Counted from the stretch's first letter, positions 1 through 9,808 are shown. The stretch: 51,962 nt of DNA from an uncultured Alphaproteobacteria bacterium (GCA_947167235.1 CAMVHF010000002.1:1-51962); one strand, 5' to 3'. The notes: generated by a model from the sequence alone, not told the origin. Program-made: numbers and translations.

Positions 1-2
1 AT

Positions 3-77
3 TGGAGCGGGCAATGGGATTCGGACCCACGACATCAACCTTGGCAAGGTTGCGCTCTACCCCTGAGCTATACCCGC
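3..77 (-). tRNA. tRNA-Gly (anticodon GCC), CCA encoded
   Basis: The reverse complement reads GCGGGTATAGCTCAGGGGTAGAGCGCAACCTTGCCAAGGTTGATGTCGTGGGTCCGAATCCCATTGCCCGCTCCA. It folds as a cloverleaf with a 7-bp acceptor stem, anticodon loop CTTGCCAAG and a GGTCCGAATCC T-arm. Confidence 0.9.
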
Positions 78-184
78 ATCATCTGCGAACGAATTATTTA
101 ATAACACATAAAAAATAAAATGCAAGAACTTTTTTTAAAATTTTTTACTTTTTTTTATTTCAGTTTAATAAAACCTTTATATTC

Positions 185-213
185 TTGCCTTATTATAAAG
201 ATATGAGTATAAT
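185..213 (+). promoter_or_regulatory. sigma70-type promoter candidate (TTGCCT-N17-TATAAT) upstream of the small ORF and murA
   Basis: TTGCCT lies at 185..190 and TATAAT at 208..213, with an exact 17-nt spacer. Confidence 0.5.
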
Positions 214-251
214 TTTATGTAGATTTTATTTTTGTAAGGGGGTGCGCAGGT

Positions 252-395
252 ATGACTGAAAAAAAATCCGCTAAGGATATCCGGTTTGAAAAAGAGGCTG
301 AGGCCCTGAGAAAGAATCTGCTTAAACGAAAAAAACAACAGGAAGAACTTGCAAAACTAAAACAACAAAAGGAGCAAAAACGTGGACAAGATTAA
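252..395 (+). CDS. hypothetical small Lys/Glu-rich protein (47 aa), below the ORF-track cutoff
   Basis: ATG at 252 is preceded by AAGGGGG. It translates to MTEKKSAKDIRFEKEAEALRKNLLKRKKQQEELAKLKQQKEQKRGQD, and the stop at 393..395 overlaps the murA GTG start at 382. Confidence 0.3.
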   Translation: MTEKKSAKDIRFEKEAEALRKNLLKRKKQQEELAKLKQQKEQKRGQD

Positions 396-1674
396 AATTA
401 TCGGCGGAAAATCTTTGTTCGGCAAAGTTTTTATCAGCGGCGCCAAAAACACCGCTTTGCCGATTATTTGCGCTTCGCTTTTAACCGATGAACCGGTTAC
501 GATCAAAAATATCCCGTTTTTATCCGATATAAAATCACTCAACAATCTTTTGTTGCAAATCGGCACGGAAATATCGGTAAAAGAAGAACTCTTAAACGGT
601 CATAATACGCAAACAATCACTTATCATACGCCGCAACCGACAAGTTTGGTTGCACCTTATGATTATGTGCGTAAAATGCGTGCTTCTTACTATGTTTTAG
701 GTCCGCTTTTAGCTAAATATCGTCATGTAGAGCTTTCTTTACCGGGCGGATGCGCCATCGGTGCGCGACCGATGGATATTCATTTAACATCTTTAGAGCA
801 AATGGGCGCACATATCGAAATTAAAAACGGTTATGTTGTTGCGGACATTGAAGACCGTCTAAAAGGTGCTCATATTGCCTTTCATTCAGCTTCCGTCGGT
901 GCTACCTGTAATATTTTAATGGCGGCAACTCTGGCCGAGGGCACCACAGTTATTGAAAATGCCGCAAAAGAGCCTGAAATTGCCGACTTGATCAATATGC
1001 TTAATAAAATGGGTGCACACATTGAAGGCGAAAATACATCAACTTTGACAATCTACGGTGTCGAAAAATTACACGGTGTTACCCATCAGATTATCAATGA
1101 CCGAATCGAAGCCGGTTCTTATGCCGTAGCCGCAGCCATCACAAAAGGACGTGTCGAACTTATTAATGCAAATCCGGAATATTTAAAAACACCGCTGGAT
1201 ATACTGCAAAAAATGGGCGTTAAAATAGAAATCACGCCAAACAGTATTATTGTTGATGCACAAAACACCGTACTCCACGGTGAAGACATATATACTGATT
1301 ACTATCCCGGCTTTCCGACAGATTTGCAAGCGCAATTTATGGCATTGATGTGTGTTTCCGAAGGTGCTGCCATGATAACCGAAAATATTTGGGAGAATCG
1401 TTTTATGCACGTTCCGGAACTTATGCGTATGGGCGCAAACATAAATGTCCATGGTCATGCCTCGGCGATTGTCCGCGGTGTTGAAAAACTTTCCGGTGCT
1501 CCTGTTATGTCAACGGATTTACGGGCATCTTTTTCGCTTATTCTGGCAGGATTGGTTGCGGAAGGCGAAACAATTGTTAATCGCGTGTATCATTTGGATC
1601 GCGGTTACGAAACATTAGAAGAAAAATTTAAGGCCATAGGGGCCGATATTGAACGCATTAAAGAGGTTGATTAA
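382..1674 (+). CDS. murA: UDP-N-acetylglucosamine 1-carboxyvinyltransferase
   Basis: 430-aa ORF with a GTG start and N-terminus MDKIKIIGGKSLFGKV. It contains the active-site Cys loop LPGGCAIGARPMDIH and has full-length MurA architecture. Confidence 0.95.
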   Translation: MDKIKIIGGKSLFGKVFISGAKNTALPIICASLLTDEPVTIKNIPFLSDIKSLNNLLLQIGTEISVKEELLNGHNTQTITYHTPQPTSLVAPYDYVRKMRASYYVLGPLLAKYRHVELSLPGGCAIGARPMDIHLTSLEQMGAHIEIKNGYVVADIEDRLKGAHIAFHSASVGATCNILMAATLAEGTTVIENAAKEPEIADLINMLNKMGAHIEGENTSTLTIYGVEKLHGVTHQIINDRIEAGSYAVAAAITKGRVELINANPEYLKTPLDILQKMGVKIEITPNSIIVDAQNTVLHGEDIYTDYYPGFPTDLQAQFMALMCVSEGAAMITENIWENRFMHVPELMRMGANINVHGHASAIVRGVEKLSGAPVMSTDLRASFSLILAGLVAEGETIVNRVYHLDRGYETLEEKFKAIGADIERIKEVD

Positions 1675-1675
1675 A

Positions 1676-2524
1676 ATGAAAAAGATACTTTTTTTACTCG
1701 CAATTTTCTTACCGTTAACCGCACAGGCTCAACTTGTTGATAAAACAAAACTTTTGCAGCCGCTTACAATGTCAAATAAATTTCTCAGAAGGCTGACAAA
1801 ATGTATCCCTTTTGAAGAAGAAAAGAGTGAAATACTGGACGGATCGGAAATTAAAGCAACATACCGTATTTATGGTATGACTAAGAAAAATGAATGTGAG
1901 TTCGAGTTTATTACCGATACGGACTTAGGTTATTCTGTTTCGCAAATATGTTATTTTCCGCAAGAGGAATTGGATTCTTTCGTAAAAATTATGCAAGATA
2001 CTTTGCAAAAAACCTCTTACACTTTTGAAACCGCTGCCGATGCCGGAACTGATGACTCGGATTATAAAGAGGCAGTAGCTTTGATGCAAAACAAGAAGTT
2101 CTGCGACTATTATCGTGATACGATTGATTTTACCAAGCAAATCCGTGATAATTTAATGGAATGTAAGCCGGTTTGGGAAAATCAAAACGACGGTATTCTT
2201 GAAATCTCACGCAAAATTATCGGTAAAAACGGCTCTGACTGTCAATATGAAACGCTCATAAGTTTCAAGCGGTCGGTTATTAACCATCGTTCCGGACCGA
2301 TGATTGACAAGCTGAAAGAGCACATGGATTACGAAGAAGATCAATCTGTTTTATATACCTGCCAATTAGATGAAGAAGATTTGGGCGTATTAAGAGATAT
2401 TTTATTTTCGGGTATAATTCCGGACGCTAAAAATCTTGATGATTTCAATGAAAATCTGTCAAATGAGGTTCAAAGTGCCGAACCTGAATTCCTCGAAGAC
2501 AGATGTACCTTGGAAAAGTTGTAA
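1676..2524 (+). CDS. secreted Cys-containing protein of unknown function (paralog of the next gene)
   Basis: The internal ATG at 1676 gives the signal peptide MKKILFLLAIFLPLTAQA. The protein aligns by eye with the 2543..3382 product. Confidence 0.7.
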   Translation: MKKILFLLAIFLPLTAQAQLVDKTKLLQPLTMSNKFLRRLTKCIPFEEEKSEILDGSEIKATYRIYGMTKKNECEFEFITDTDLGYSVSQICYFPQEELDSFVKIMQDTLQKTSYTFETAADAGTDDSDYKEAVALMQNKKFCDYYRDTIDFTKQIRDNLMECKPVWENQNDGILEISRKIIGKNGSDCQYETLISFKRSVINHRSGPMIDKLKEHMDYEEDQSVLYTCQLDEEDLGVLRDILFSGIIPDAKNLDDFNENLSNEVQSAEPEFLEDRCTLEKL

Positions 2525-2542
2525 TATCATAGGATAACGGGT

Positions 2543-3382
2543 ATGCTGCGTTTTCGTTATATTTGGTTTTGGTGTTTTTTGGCCCTACCGGCGAATGCGC
2601 AAATTTTAAATATGTCCGATACGCAGGAATACCTGTCGGTTCCGATTGATTTTTTGCAAAGTATCCATAATTGCAGCGTCTATGAAAAAACGGTGATGTC
2701 CGCACCCGAAGGGGTAGAAACCAAAATGGTTTATAAAGTCAACGGTCTGAAAAACGATAAATGCGAAGTAACGGTTGACGGTTATACCAATGTTAATGTT
2801 CATATCAAACAGTCTTGCTTATTTACACCTGAGCAAGCCGCTGAGTATGCCTCATCCATCAGCCGTTACCAAAGCAAACATTATTACTTTCATAAGGATA
2901 TTGACCGAATTTTATATGATGAAGACTATTTAGCGGCTACAAAACTTATGACAAATGATGATATTTGCCAATTCCACCGCGACGGAATCGATGTTACATC
3001 GGAATTCAGAAAAAAACTTGCCGATTGCATACCTTATACCGAAACACAAAAACTTGAATCCGTTGATATTAAACGTGAAATAAAAGAATTGGCCAACGGT
3101 ATATGCAAAATCGATGTAACCTTTACGCAGCGTCTGCCTAATATGGAGTTACGCGCCGATAAAATAACACCGCGTATGTGGAAATATATCGATAAATTCA
3201 AAGAAGCCAATTATCCTTATGCCTGTGCATTCAATGAATTCAAACGCGATGAATATCTCCGAATTCTGGAAGCGCTGGTTGTTCCCGAAGAAGACGGTTT
3301 CGATTTTTCGGCCGTGCAGCGTTTCAGTCAGGCCTCCGAAATGGAATTTATCTATAAAAATTGCACTTATGTCGTTAAATAA
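2543..3382 (+). CDS. secreted Cys-containing protein of unknown function (paralog of the previous gene)
   Basis: It has the signal peptide MLRFRYIWFWCFLALPANA. It shares blocks with the upstream gene (YKVNGLKNDKCEVTV, QSCLFTPEQAAEY, DYLAATKLMTNDDICQFHRD). Confidence 0.7.
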   Translation: MLRFRYIWFWCFLALPANAQILNMSDTQEYLSVPIDFLQSIHNCSVYEKTVMSAPEGVETKMVYKVNGLKNDKCEVTVDGYTNVNVHIKQSCLFTPEQAAEYASSISRYQSKHYYFHKDIDRILYDEDYLAATKLMTNDDICQFHRDGIDVTSEFRKKLADCIPYTETQKLESVDIKREIKELANGICKIDVTFTQRLPNMELRADKITPRMWKYIDKFKEANYPYACAFNEFKRDEYLRILEALVVPEEDGFDFSAVQRFSQASEMEFIYKNCTYVVK

Positions 3383-3420
3383 TTTCTGATAAAAAAAGCT
3401 TAAAAAAATTTATTAATCCC

Positions 3421-3449
3421 CTTGCGTTTTCCATTATGAAACCCCATAT
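3421..3449 (+). promoter_or_regulatory. sigma32 (RpoH) heat-shock promoter candidate for htpG
   Basis: CTTGCGT lies at 3421..3427 and CCCCATAT at 3442..3449 with a 14-nt spacer. This matches the CTTGAAA-N13-15-CCCCATNT consensus, about 30 nt upstream of the htpG start. Confidence 0.6.
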
Positions 3450-3478
3450 AACACTTAGTTACATAAAGGAGATTCACT

Positions 3479-5329
3479 ATGGCTAAAAAACAAAAATTCA
3501 AAACGGAAGTCAGTAAGCTTCTGGATATTGTCATTAATTCTTTATATTCCGAAAAATACATTTTTCTACGCGAACTTATTTCCAATGCCAGTGATGCCTG
3601 TGATAAGTTGCGCTACTATGCTTTGACCAATCCGGGAATCGCCAAAAACAACGGCGAGTTTAAGATTACCATTACCCCGAATGACGAAGAAAATACCTTA
3701 ACTATCAGCGATAACGGTATCGGTATGAATAAAGATGATTTAATTAATCATCTGGGAACAATTGCCAAATCCGGTACGGCTGATTTTGTACGCAATGCTT
3801 CGGATAACGGTTCAATTGTCGATTTAATCGGCAAATTCGGTGTCGGTTTTTATTCGGCCTTTATGGTGGCTCAAAAAGTCGAAGTCACCACACGTCGTGC
3901 CGGTGAAGAACAAGCATATAATTGGATATCCGATGGTGTCGACGGCTTTGAAATCACTGAGACCACCCGCGAAAAAATCGGTACCGATGTCAAACTTTAC
4001 TTAAAAGATGATGCCAAAGATTTTACCGATACGATTTATCTGCGTCATATTATCCGCACCTATTCCGACCACATAAATTACCCTATCGTTTTAGATTTGG
4101 GCAAGGCCGGCGAAGAAACGGTTAATACCGGTTCGGCTCTGTGGACCAAGAATAAAGCCGATATTACCGAAGATCAGTACAACGAATTCTATCATCATAT
4201 TTCGCGTAATTTTGACACACCGTGGATGCGTTTGCACTTTAAGGCCGAAGGCAGTATTGAGTACACTGGCTTATTGTACATTCCGTCGGAAGCGCCTTAT
4301 GATTTGTTCCAACCGGATCGTCAACAAAGCTTAAAGCTCTATGTCAACCGCGTATTCATCTCGGATAAAGTTGATGATTTAATGCCGGCATACTTACGCT
4401 TTGTTAAAGGTATTATCGACAGTGCCGACTTACCCCTCAATATTTCGCGTGAAATGTTGCAGCAAAATGCGCTTATTGCTAAAATCAAAAACGGTACGGT
4501 ATCGCGTATTTTAAAAGAGCTGAAAAAACGTTCCGAAGACTATGATGATTATATGAAATTCTGGAAAATTTTCGGTGTTGCTTTCAAAGAAGGTATATAC
4601 GAAGATGTTGCCAATCGTGTTGAAGTCGCTGAACTGTCGCGTTTTTATTCGACCAATTCAATCGATAAGCTGACTTCATTGGATGAGTACATTTCGCGTG
4701 TTCAGGAAGGTCAGACCAATATCTATTATATTACCGGTGATGATGTTCCGACGCTGCGAAATAATCCGCAGTTGGAAGCCTTTGCCGCCAAAGGTTTGGA
4801 AGTTTTGCTATTGACTGACCCGATTGATGAATTTTGGGTTCAGGTCTTAACCAACTTCAAAGGATATCCGATTAAGCATATTTCACAAGCCGACTTAGAT
4901 TTGAAAATGGAACGTGATACGCCGCGTGCCGATGAAGGCAGCTTAAAAATGCTGACCGATTACATGACCGAATTATTCAAAGATGAAGTCGGTAAGGTTG
5001 TTCCGACTGAAAAACTGACCAAAAGTCCGGTCAGTCTGACGGTTGAAAACGGGCAAATGAGTATTCACCTCGAGCGCTTAATGCGTAACCACCAACAACA
5101 AACCGCTTTTGCCAGTTCGCGGATTTTAGAAGTTAATCCGTATCATCCGCTGATTATCAAATTAGCCGATTCAATGTTTGACGAGAGCCAAAAACAAAAC
5201 GTGGAAGAAGTTTCGCGTTTGCTTTTGGATCAGGCTAAAATCGCCGAAGGCGAAGCTATTTCCGATAGTTCATTCTTCAGTGAAAAACTAAGTGACTATA
5301 TTTTACGCGGTTGGCAAAAAAGCGCCTGA
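3479..5329 (+). CDS. htpG: molecular chaperone HtpG (Hsp90)
   Basis: 616-aa ORF with GHKL ATPase motifs (ELISNASDACDKLRY, IGKFGVGFYSAFMVA) and full-length Hsp90 architecture. Confidence 0.95.
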   Translation: MAKKQKFKTEVSKLLDIVINSLYSEKYIFLRELISNASDACDKLRYYALTNPGIAKNNGEFKITITPNDEENTLTISDNGIGMNKDDLINHLGTIAKSGTADFVRNASDNGSIVDLIGKFGVGFYSAFMVAQKVEVTTRRAGEEQAYNWISDGVDGFEITETTREKIGTDVKLYLKDDAKDFTDTIYLRHIIRTYSDHINYPIVLDLGKAGEETVNTGSALWTKNKADITEDQYNEFYHHISRNFDTPWMRLHFKAEGSIEYTGLLYIPSEAPYDLFQPDRQQSLKLYVNRVFISDKVDDLMPAYLRFVKGIIDSADLPLNISREMLQQNALIAKIKNGTVSRILKELKKRSEDYDDYMKFWKIFGVAFKEGIYEDVANRVEVAELSRFYSTNSIDKLTSLDEYISRVQEGQTNIYYITGDDVPTLRNNPQLEAFAAKGLEVLLLTDPIDEFWVQVLTNFKGYPIKHISQADLDLKMERDTPRADEGSLKMLTDYMTELFKDEVGKVVPTEKLTKSPVSLTVENGQMSIHLERLMRNHQQQTAFASSRILEVNPYHPLIIKLADSMFDESQKQNVEEVSRLLLDQAKIAEGEAISDSSFFSEKLSDYILRGWQKSA

Positions 5330-5346
5330 CCGATTGTTAAAAAAAA

Positions 5347-5389
5347 GAAACCCCGCGGAGGATAATTCCTGCCGAGGGGTTTTCTTTTT
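5347..5389. terminator. rho-independent terminator between convergent htpG and the 5407..5721 ORF
   Basis: An 8-bp outer stem GAAACCCC/GGGGTTTC is flanked by an A-run upstream and TTTCTTTTT downstream. Confidence 0.7.
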
Positions 5390-5406
5390 ATGGTGTTGAT
5401 GAATAT

Positions 5407-5721
5407 TCAGAAGATATTCGGTTGTGTGCGCATAATTTCCTGCCAGCACTGCCGAATGAAGTCCAGCAGATGAGGTGTAATGCTCGTATCCGATTTCAAA
5501 ATTCTGTCATCAGGATTAGTCGAACTCGGAACCGATTTATCTTCAATCTCGGCACGGATATGCTCCGGTACTTTGATTTTAAGCGGTGTTTCACTCCAAG
5601 GGGCACGCGTATAGTGCTGATCTTTAACGGCAACCTGCATCGTACCATTCTCCGTCATCTGCAATGAGATTGCATAGCTTTGTGTCGAGAGAATTTTGTT
5701 AATCTTAATAAAATAAACCAT
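5407..5721 (-). CDS. hypothetical protein (104 aa; start uncertain, alternative Met22)
   Basis: This is the only protein-like frame in the interval. The overlapping plus-strand ORF 5422..5667 is Arg-rich and low-complexity. I recognise no motif. Confidence 0.45.
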   Translation of the reverse strand: MVYFIKINKILSTQSYAISLQMTENGTMQVAVKDQHYTRAPWSETPLKIKVPEHIRAEIEDKSVPSSTNPDDRILKSDTSITPHLLDFIRQCWQEIMRTQPNIF

Positions 5722-5745
5722 AGTGTTTTTGTTAATAGATTTTAC

Positions 5746-5916
5746 TTAGTTTTCATCTTCACACGGCCAGATAATCCAGTGATCTTCACCATCATCTTCA
5801 TCAGAAGAATCATTCTGGTTTTCCCACTGGGGCTCATCGTCCTCCCAAGGTTCATATTCATCACATGATGCGCAACATACTGTACACATCAACATTAAAA
5901 ATAATACCTTTCTCAT
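5746..5916 (-). CDS. small secreted or lipoprotein-like, very acidic protein (56 aa), below the ORF-track cutoff
   Basis: The reverse strand translates to MRKVLFLMLMCTVCCASCDEYEPWEDDEPQWENQNDSSDEDDGEDHWIIWPCEDEN. This is a hydrophobic Cys-rich leader followed by an Asp/Glu/Trp-rich tail. Confidence 0.4.
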   Translation of the reverse strand: MRKVLFLMLMCTVCCASCDEYEPWEDDEPQWENQNDSSDEDDGEDHWIIWPCEDEN

Positions 5917-5983
5917 ATATAAAATTATTTATGTTTGACAGCCTAAGTATAGCACAATTTTTTAATTTTGCAAATATTTTTTG

Positions 5984-6020
5984 ACAAAAAAAGGCTACGT
6001 TATTGTCAACATAGCCTTTT
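5984..6020 (-). terminator. rho-independent terminator downstream of fabZ
   Basis: On the minus strand the hairpin AAGGCTATGTT/AACGTAGCCTT (one mismatch) is followed by a T7 run. Confidence 0.65.
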
Positions 6021-6048
6021 CTTTGTTATTTGATTAGCTTAAAAAATC

Positions 6049-6501
6049 TTAGCCTTCAACAATCATTGCTGTCAAATCGGCTTCTGATACCACTTGATCA
6101 TCAACCATTCCGACACCGTGGAATACAAATATATTTCGACGGACTTTGATTTTTTCAACATGCATTTTCAGCTGATCGCCCGGACGTACCGGCTTGCGAA
6201 ATTTGGCATTATCAACCGACATAAACAAAACGCTGCAATGTTTATCGGCATAGTCATCTTTTTCACACATAACGACACAACCGGCTGTCTGCGCCATTGC
6301 TTCGATTTGCAAAACTCCCGGCATAATCGGATTATTCGGGAAATGGCCTTGAAAGAACAGCTCATTCATCGTTAAATTCTTTAAGCCGATCCCCTTAACA
6401 CCCGGCTCTTCGATTTCTAATCTGTCGACCAGCAAAAACGGATAGCGGTGCGGCAGCATTTTCATAATTTCATCACTATTGTAAATTTTATTTTCTGACA
6501 T
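6049..6501 (-). CDS. fabZ: 3-hydroxyacyl-ACP dehydratase FabZ
   Basis: 150-aa hot-dog protein with LPHRYPFLLVD and the catalytic block GHFPNNPIMPGVLQIEAMAQ. Confidence 0.95.
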   Translation of the reverse strand: MSENKIYNSDEIMKMLPHRYPFLLVDRLEIEEPGVKGIGLKNLTMNELFFQGHFPNNPIMPGVLQIEAMAQTAGCVVMCEKDDYADKHCSVLFMSVDNAKFRKPVRPGDQLKMHVEKIKVRRNIFVFHGVGMVDDQVVSEADLTAMIVEG

Positions 6502-6509
6502 ATTTTCCT

Positions 6510-7523
6510 CTATTTTTTTGAATTTCTTTGTAAGAACGAAACTTGACGCATATAATCCTTAAACGGAACGCACGGACTTCCCATCACAACCGCTCCCGGT
6601 TCAACATCGCGCATTGCACCGGACTGAGCGGCAATTTGAGCGCCGCTGCCGATATTTAAGTGATCGGCCAAACCGACTTGTCCGCCCAAAACAACAAAAT
6701 CGCCTAAATTGCAGCTGCCGGCTATACCGACTTGTGCCACAACCACACAGCCCATACCAAGTTTGTCGTTATGAGCAATTTGAACCAAATTATCAATGCG
6801 GCAACCGTCACCGATGACCGTATCATCCAAAGCACCGCGATCAATACAAGTGTTAGCTCCGATCTCGACATCATTACCGATAATAACCCGACCGAGTTGC
6901 GGAATACGATGATGCTGACCGTTCATGAATTGGAAACCGAAACCGTCATAACCGATACGAGCACCGCAATAAATATAACAATGATGTCCGATTATGCTGT
7001 ATGCAATCGAAGCGTTGTTACCGATACGGCAGTTATTACCGATTTTGCAGTCATGTGATATAACAACATTCGGTTCAATAAGGCAGTTATCCCCTATTAC
7101 AACATTTTCGCCGATAACAACATTGGCGCCGATAAAGCATCCCTCGCCGATGTGCGCACTGTCAGCAATTTTGGCTGTCGGATCAATTCCGGCTTTCGGC
7201 ATTTTTTCCGAATACATAAATTCATTTAATTTGATAAATGCTTCTTTCGGATTGGAACTGATTAAAACTATCACATTTTCCGGTACAAATGCTTTTAAGT
7301 CTTCGGTTGTAATGCAGGCTTTTGCTTTGATGTTTGCGGCCTTATCTTTGCTCTTACGATCATAGAAAAAGCAAATATCATCTGCACCGGCGCTTGTCAT
7401 TGTTGCAATCGAAGCTATTGTTTCAATTTTCTTTGAAGCATCTGCCAAAACGGCAGAGGTAACCTCGGCAACTTGTGCCAAGGTTACATTTTCTTTTGCA
7501 TTATAAAAGTTTGTATCTACCAT
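6510..7523 (-). CDS. lpxD: UDP-3-O-acylglucosamine N-acyltransferase
   Basis: 337 aa with a long left-handed beta-helix of hexapeptide repeats. It sits in the conserved position between bamA and fabZ. Confidence 0.9.
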   Translation of the reverse strand: MVDTNFYNAKENVTLAQVAEVTSAVLADASKKIETIASIATMTSAGADDICFFYDRKSKDKAANIKAKACITTEDLKAFVPENVIVLISSNPKEAFIKLNEFMYSEKMPKAGIDPTAKIADSAHIGEGCFIGANVVIGENVVIGDNCLIEPNVVISHDCKIGNNCRIGNNASIAYSIIGHHCYIYCGARIGYDGFGFQFMNGQHHRIPQLGRVIIGNDVEIGANTCIDRGALDDTVIGDGCRIDNLVQIAHNDKLGMGCVVVAQVGIAGSCNLGDFVVLGGQVGLADHLNIGSGAQIAAQSGAMRDVEPGAVVMGSPCVPFKDYMRQVSFLQRNSKK

Positions 7524-7534
7524 TGTTTTATTCC

Positions 7535-9793
7535 TTACAGGCTGGTACCGAAGTTCAAACGGAACACTTCTGTTTCATCGTAACGGGTTTTAACAACCGG
7601 GAAACCGAAGTCAATATTGATTTTGCCCATCGGAGACATCCAGTCAAAACCGAAACCGACAGAACTTCTGACTTTTGAAGAATAGTAAATTTTCTGTGAA
7701 TTGAAGTTATCCGGTTTACCCAAAGCACCCAAATCCCAGAATGTTCTACCTTTGATGCCTAACTCATCCAATCCGATCGGGAAGGTTAATTCGGCACCGG
7801 AGTACATCATCCAGTTACCACCCAAAGCATCTTTTGTTGCTTTATCACGGGCACCGATACCGGCAAACTCAAAACCGCGCATCGTTTGACCGCCCAAATA
7901 ATAACGATCGGACATACGAACGTCTTCTCCACCGTAGCCTATGATATATCCGCCGGTTGAGAACAGTTTTAATGTATAGTAATCATAGAACGTATAGAAC
8001 TTATACAATTTGGCATCGAAACGATTATATTTAGTATCACCGCCCAAACCGGAGAGGTCATGTCCGAATGATACATAATAACCTTCTTTAGTATTCATCG
8101 CACTGTCACGTTTATCATAGACGAGTGTCTGACCGAAGGCCGATGTCGTTGCTGTGCCCTGCTCGGCTTTAACATACTCGGAAGCATAAGATTTTACGTT
8201 TCTGATTTTGTTTGTACTGTATGTGTAGCGAGCCATGTGATACAAATCATCGGTATATTTCCAACCGAATCTGGTACGGGCACCGGTCGTACGGGTATCG
8301 TAAGAAGCCTCATCTTTATAGTCTTGATCTTGCATAAACAAATCAATACCGGCACTTAAACGACGACCTAAGAAATACGGCTCTGTAAAGCTGATATCAT
8401 AATCTTTGGTTCTTTCTGAAAAGCCGATATTAAAGCCGACTTCCTGACCTTTACCGCGGAAGTTGTTTTCAGTTACACCGGCACGCAATAAAGCACCGTT
8501 GGTTGTCGAATAACCGATACCGACATTGAAATAGCCTGTCGATTTTTCTTCAACTCGTGTATTGACATCGACTTTATCATCACCGACAGAATCCGTTTGG
8601 ATATCAACTTTACTGAAGAAATTCAGATTTTCGATATTACGACGAGAATCACGCAATTTGGAAATATTTAAGGCATCACCTTCGTCCAAACGGAATTCAC
8701 GGCGGATAACTTCATCCAATGTTCTGTCATTTCCGGTAATGTTAATACGGTTAACAAAAACGCGTTCACTTTCGTTGATAACAAAGTTAATATCGATTTT
8801 ACCGTTTTCCGGATCACGAATATATTCAGGTTCAATATCAACAAAGGCAAAACCTTTTTTACCTAAAGTTTCTGTCATTTCGGAAACAGATTTTTCAACC
8901 AAATCCGAATTGAACCAATCTTTTTCATCAATTTCCAAATCTTTATACAAAGGTTTGGTCTCAACCCCGTTGATATTGGAAATGATATCGATTTTACCGA
9001 CCTCATAACGCGGACCTTCTTCCAAAGTAAAGGTCAAGATAAATGATTTACGATCTTCACTTAATTCGGCAACAGCCGTTTGGACAGAAAAATCGGCATA
9101 ACCGCGGCTGGTATAAAAGCGGCGCAACAGTTCTTTATCATATTCCATTTTTTCGGCATCATAATTCTCGGCCGAACTGAAGAAACGATACCAACGGCTT
9201 TCTTTGCTCATAATTTCATCTTGCAAATCCGATGACGAATAGTGCGTATTTCCCAAGAAATTGATTTTATCGATTTTGGCTGCTGCACCTTCATCAATTT
9301 CATAAATCAAGTCAACACGATTTTCTTCGCGCTCGATAATTTTCGGGTCAACCGTTACCGAATAGCGACCGGTTTTACGATAGACATCCAAAATACGTTG
9401 TACATCTTGCTGAACCTTGGCTTTATCGAATATTGAGCGCGGGCCTAATTGAACTTCGGCTTCCAAGACTTTATCATCAATCTTGTCATTACCGTCAAAT
9501 GCACGCTTTCCGATAATCGGATTTTCTTTTACCGTAATTTTTAAGACATTACGACCGGTGGTATCAAAATTGATATCACTGAAAAGCCCCGTATTATACA
9601 GACTGCGGAATGACATATCCAAGTCATCTTGCGATACGGTGCTTTCGGTCTGCACATTTAAATAAGACAGTACCGTTTCTTTTTCGACACGTTGCAAACC
9701 TTCAACATCAATTTGTTTGATATAAAAGTCTTCTGCATACGCCTGCAAAGAAACTAAACTGGAAAGAAGTCCGACATAGAGTATTTTTTTCAT
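7535..9793 (-). CDS. bamA: outer membrane protein assembly factor BamA
   Basis: 752 aa with signal peptide [20 protein letters not shown]. It has a POTRA-length N-terminal region and a C-terminal Gly/aromatic-rich beta-barrel. It lies in rseP-bamA-lpxD synteny. Confidence 0.92.
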   Translation of the reverse strand: MKKILYVGLLSSLVSLQAYAEDFYIKQIDVEGLQRVEKETVLSYLNVQTESTVSQDDLDMSFRSLYNTGLFSDINFDTTGRNVLKITVKENPIIGKRAFDGNDKIDDKVLEAEVQLGPRSIFDKAKVQQDVQRILDVYRKTGRYSVTVDPKIIEREENRVDLIYEIDEGAAAKIDKINFLGNTHYSSSDLQDEIMSKESRWYRFFSSAENYDAEKMEYDKELLRRFYTSRGYADFSVQTAVAELSEDRKSFILTFTLEEGPRYEVGKIDIISNINGVETKPLYKDLEIDEKDWFNSDLVEKSVSEMTETLGKKGFAFVDIEPEYIRDPENGKIDINFVINESERVFVNRINITGNDRTLDEVIRREFRLDEGDALNISKLRDSRRNIENLNFFSKVDIQTDSVGDDKVDVNTRVEEKSTGYFNVGIGYSTTNGALLRAGVTENNFRGKGQEVGFNIGFSERTKDYDISFTEPYFLGRRLSAGIDLFMQDQDYKDEASYDTRTTGARTRFGWKYTDDLYHMARYTYSTNKIRNVKSYASEYVKAEQGTATTSAFGQTLVYDKRDSAMNTKEGYYVSFGHDLSGLGGDTKYNRFDAKLYKFYTFYDYYTLKLFSTGGYIIGYGGEDVRMSDRYYLGGQTMRGFEFAGIGARDKATKDALGGNWMMYSGAELTFPIGLDELGIKGRTFWDLGALGKPDNFNSQKIYYSSKVRSSVGFGFDWMSPMGKINIDFGFPVVKTRYDETEVFRLNFGTSL

Positions 9794-9808
9794 GTTATTT
9801 TTCCTTTA

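Noticed and set aside
357-566. Many short ORFs in the six-frame track lie antisense or out of frame inside long conserved genes. Examples are 357..566, 1183..1458, 6094..6375, 6614..7365, 8562..9008, 13543..14131, 15451..15960, 17271..17714, 25907..26197, 34139..34411, 35345..35783, 39316..39680 and 43147..44134.
   Set aside because: They are fully embedded in genes with unmistakable full-length family signatures on the other strand or frame. They have low-complexity or Arg/Ser/Leu-biased translations and lack SD sequences. I treat them as shadow ORFs.
5680-5868. A 62-aa plus-strand ORF lies in the htpG-fabZ spacer.
   Set aside because: Its translation is hydrophobic and low-complexity (IFIRRIILVFPLGLIVLPRFIFIT). 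The opposite strand carries a more protein-like signal-peptide ORF (5746..5916).
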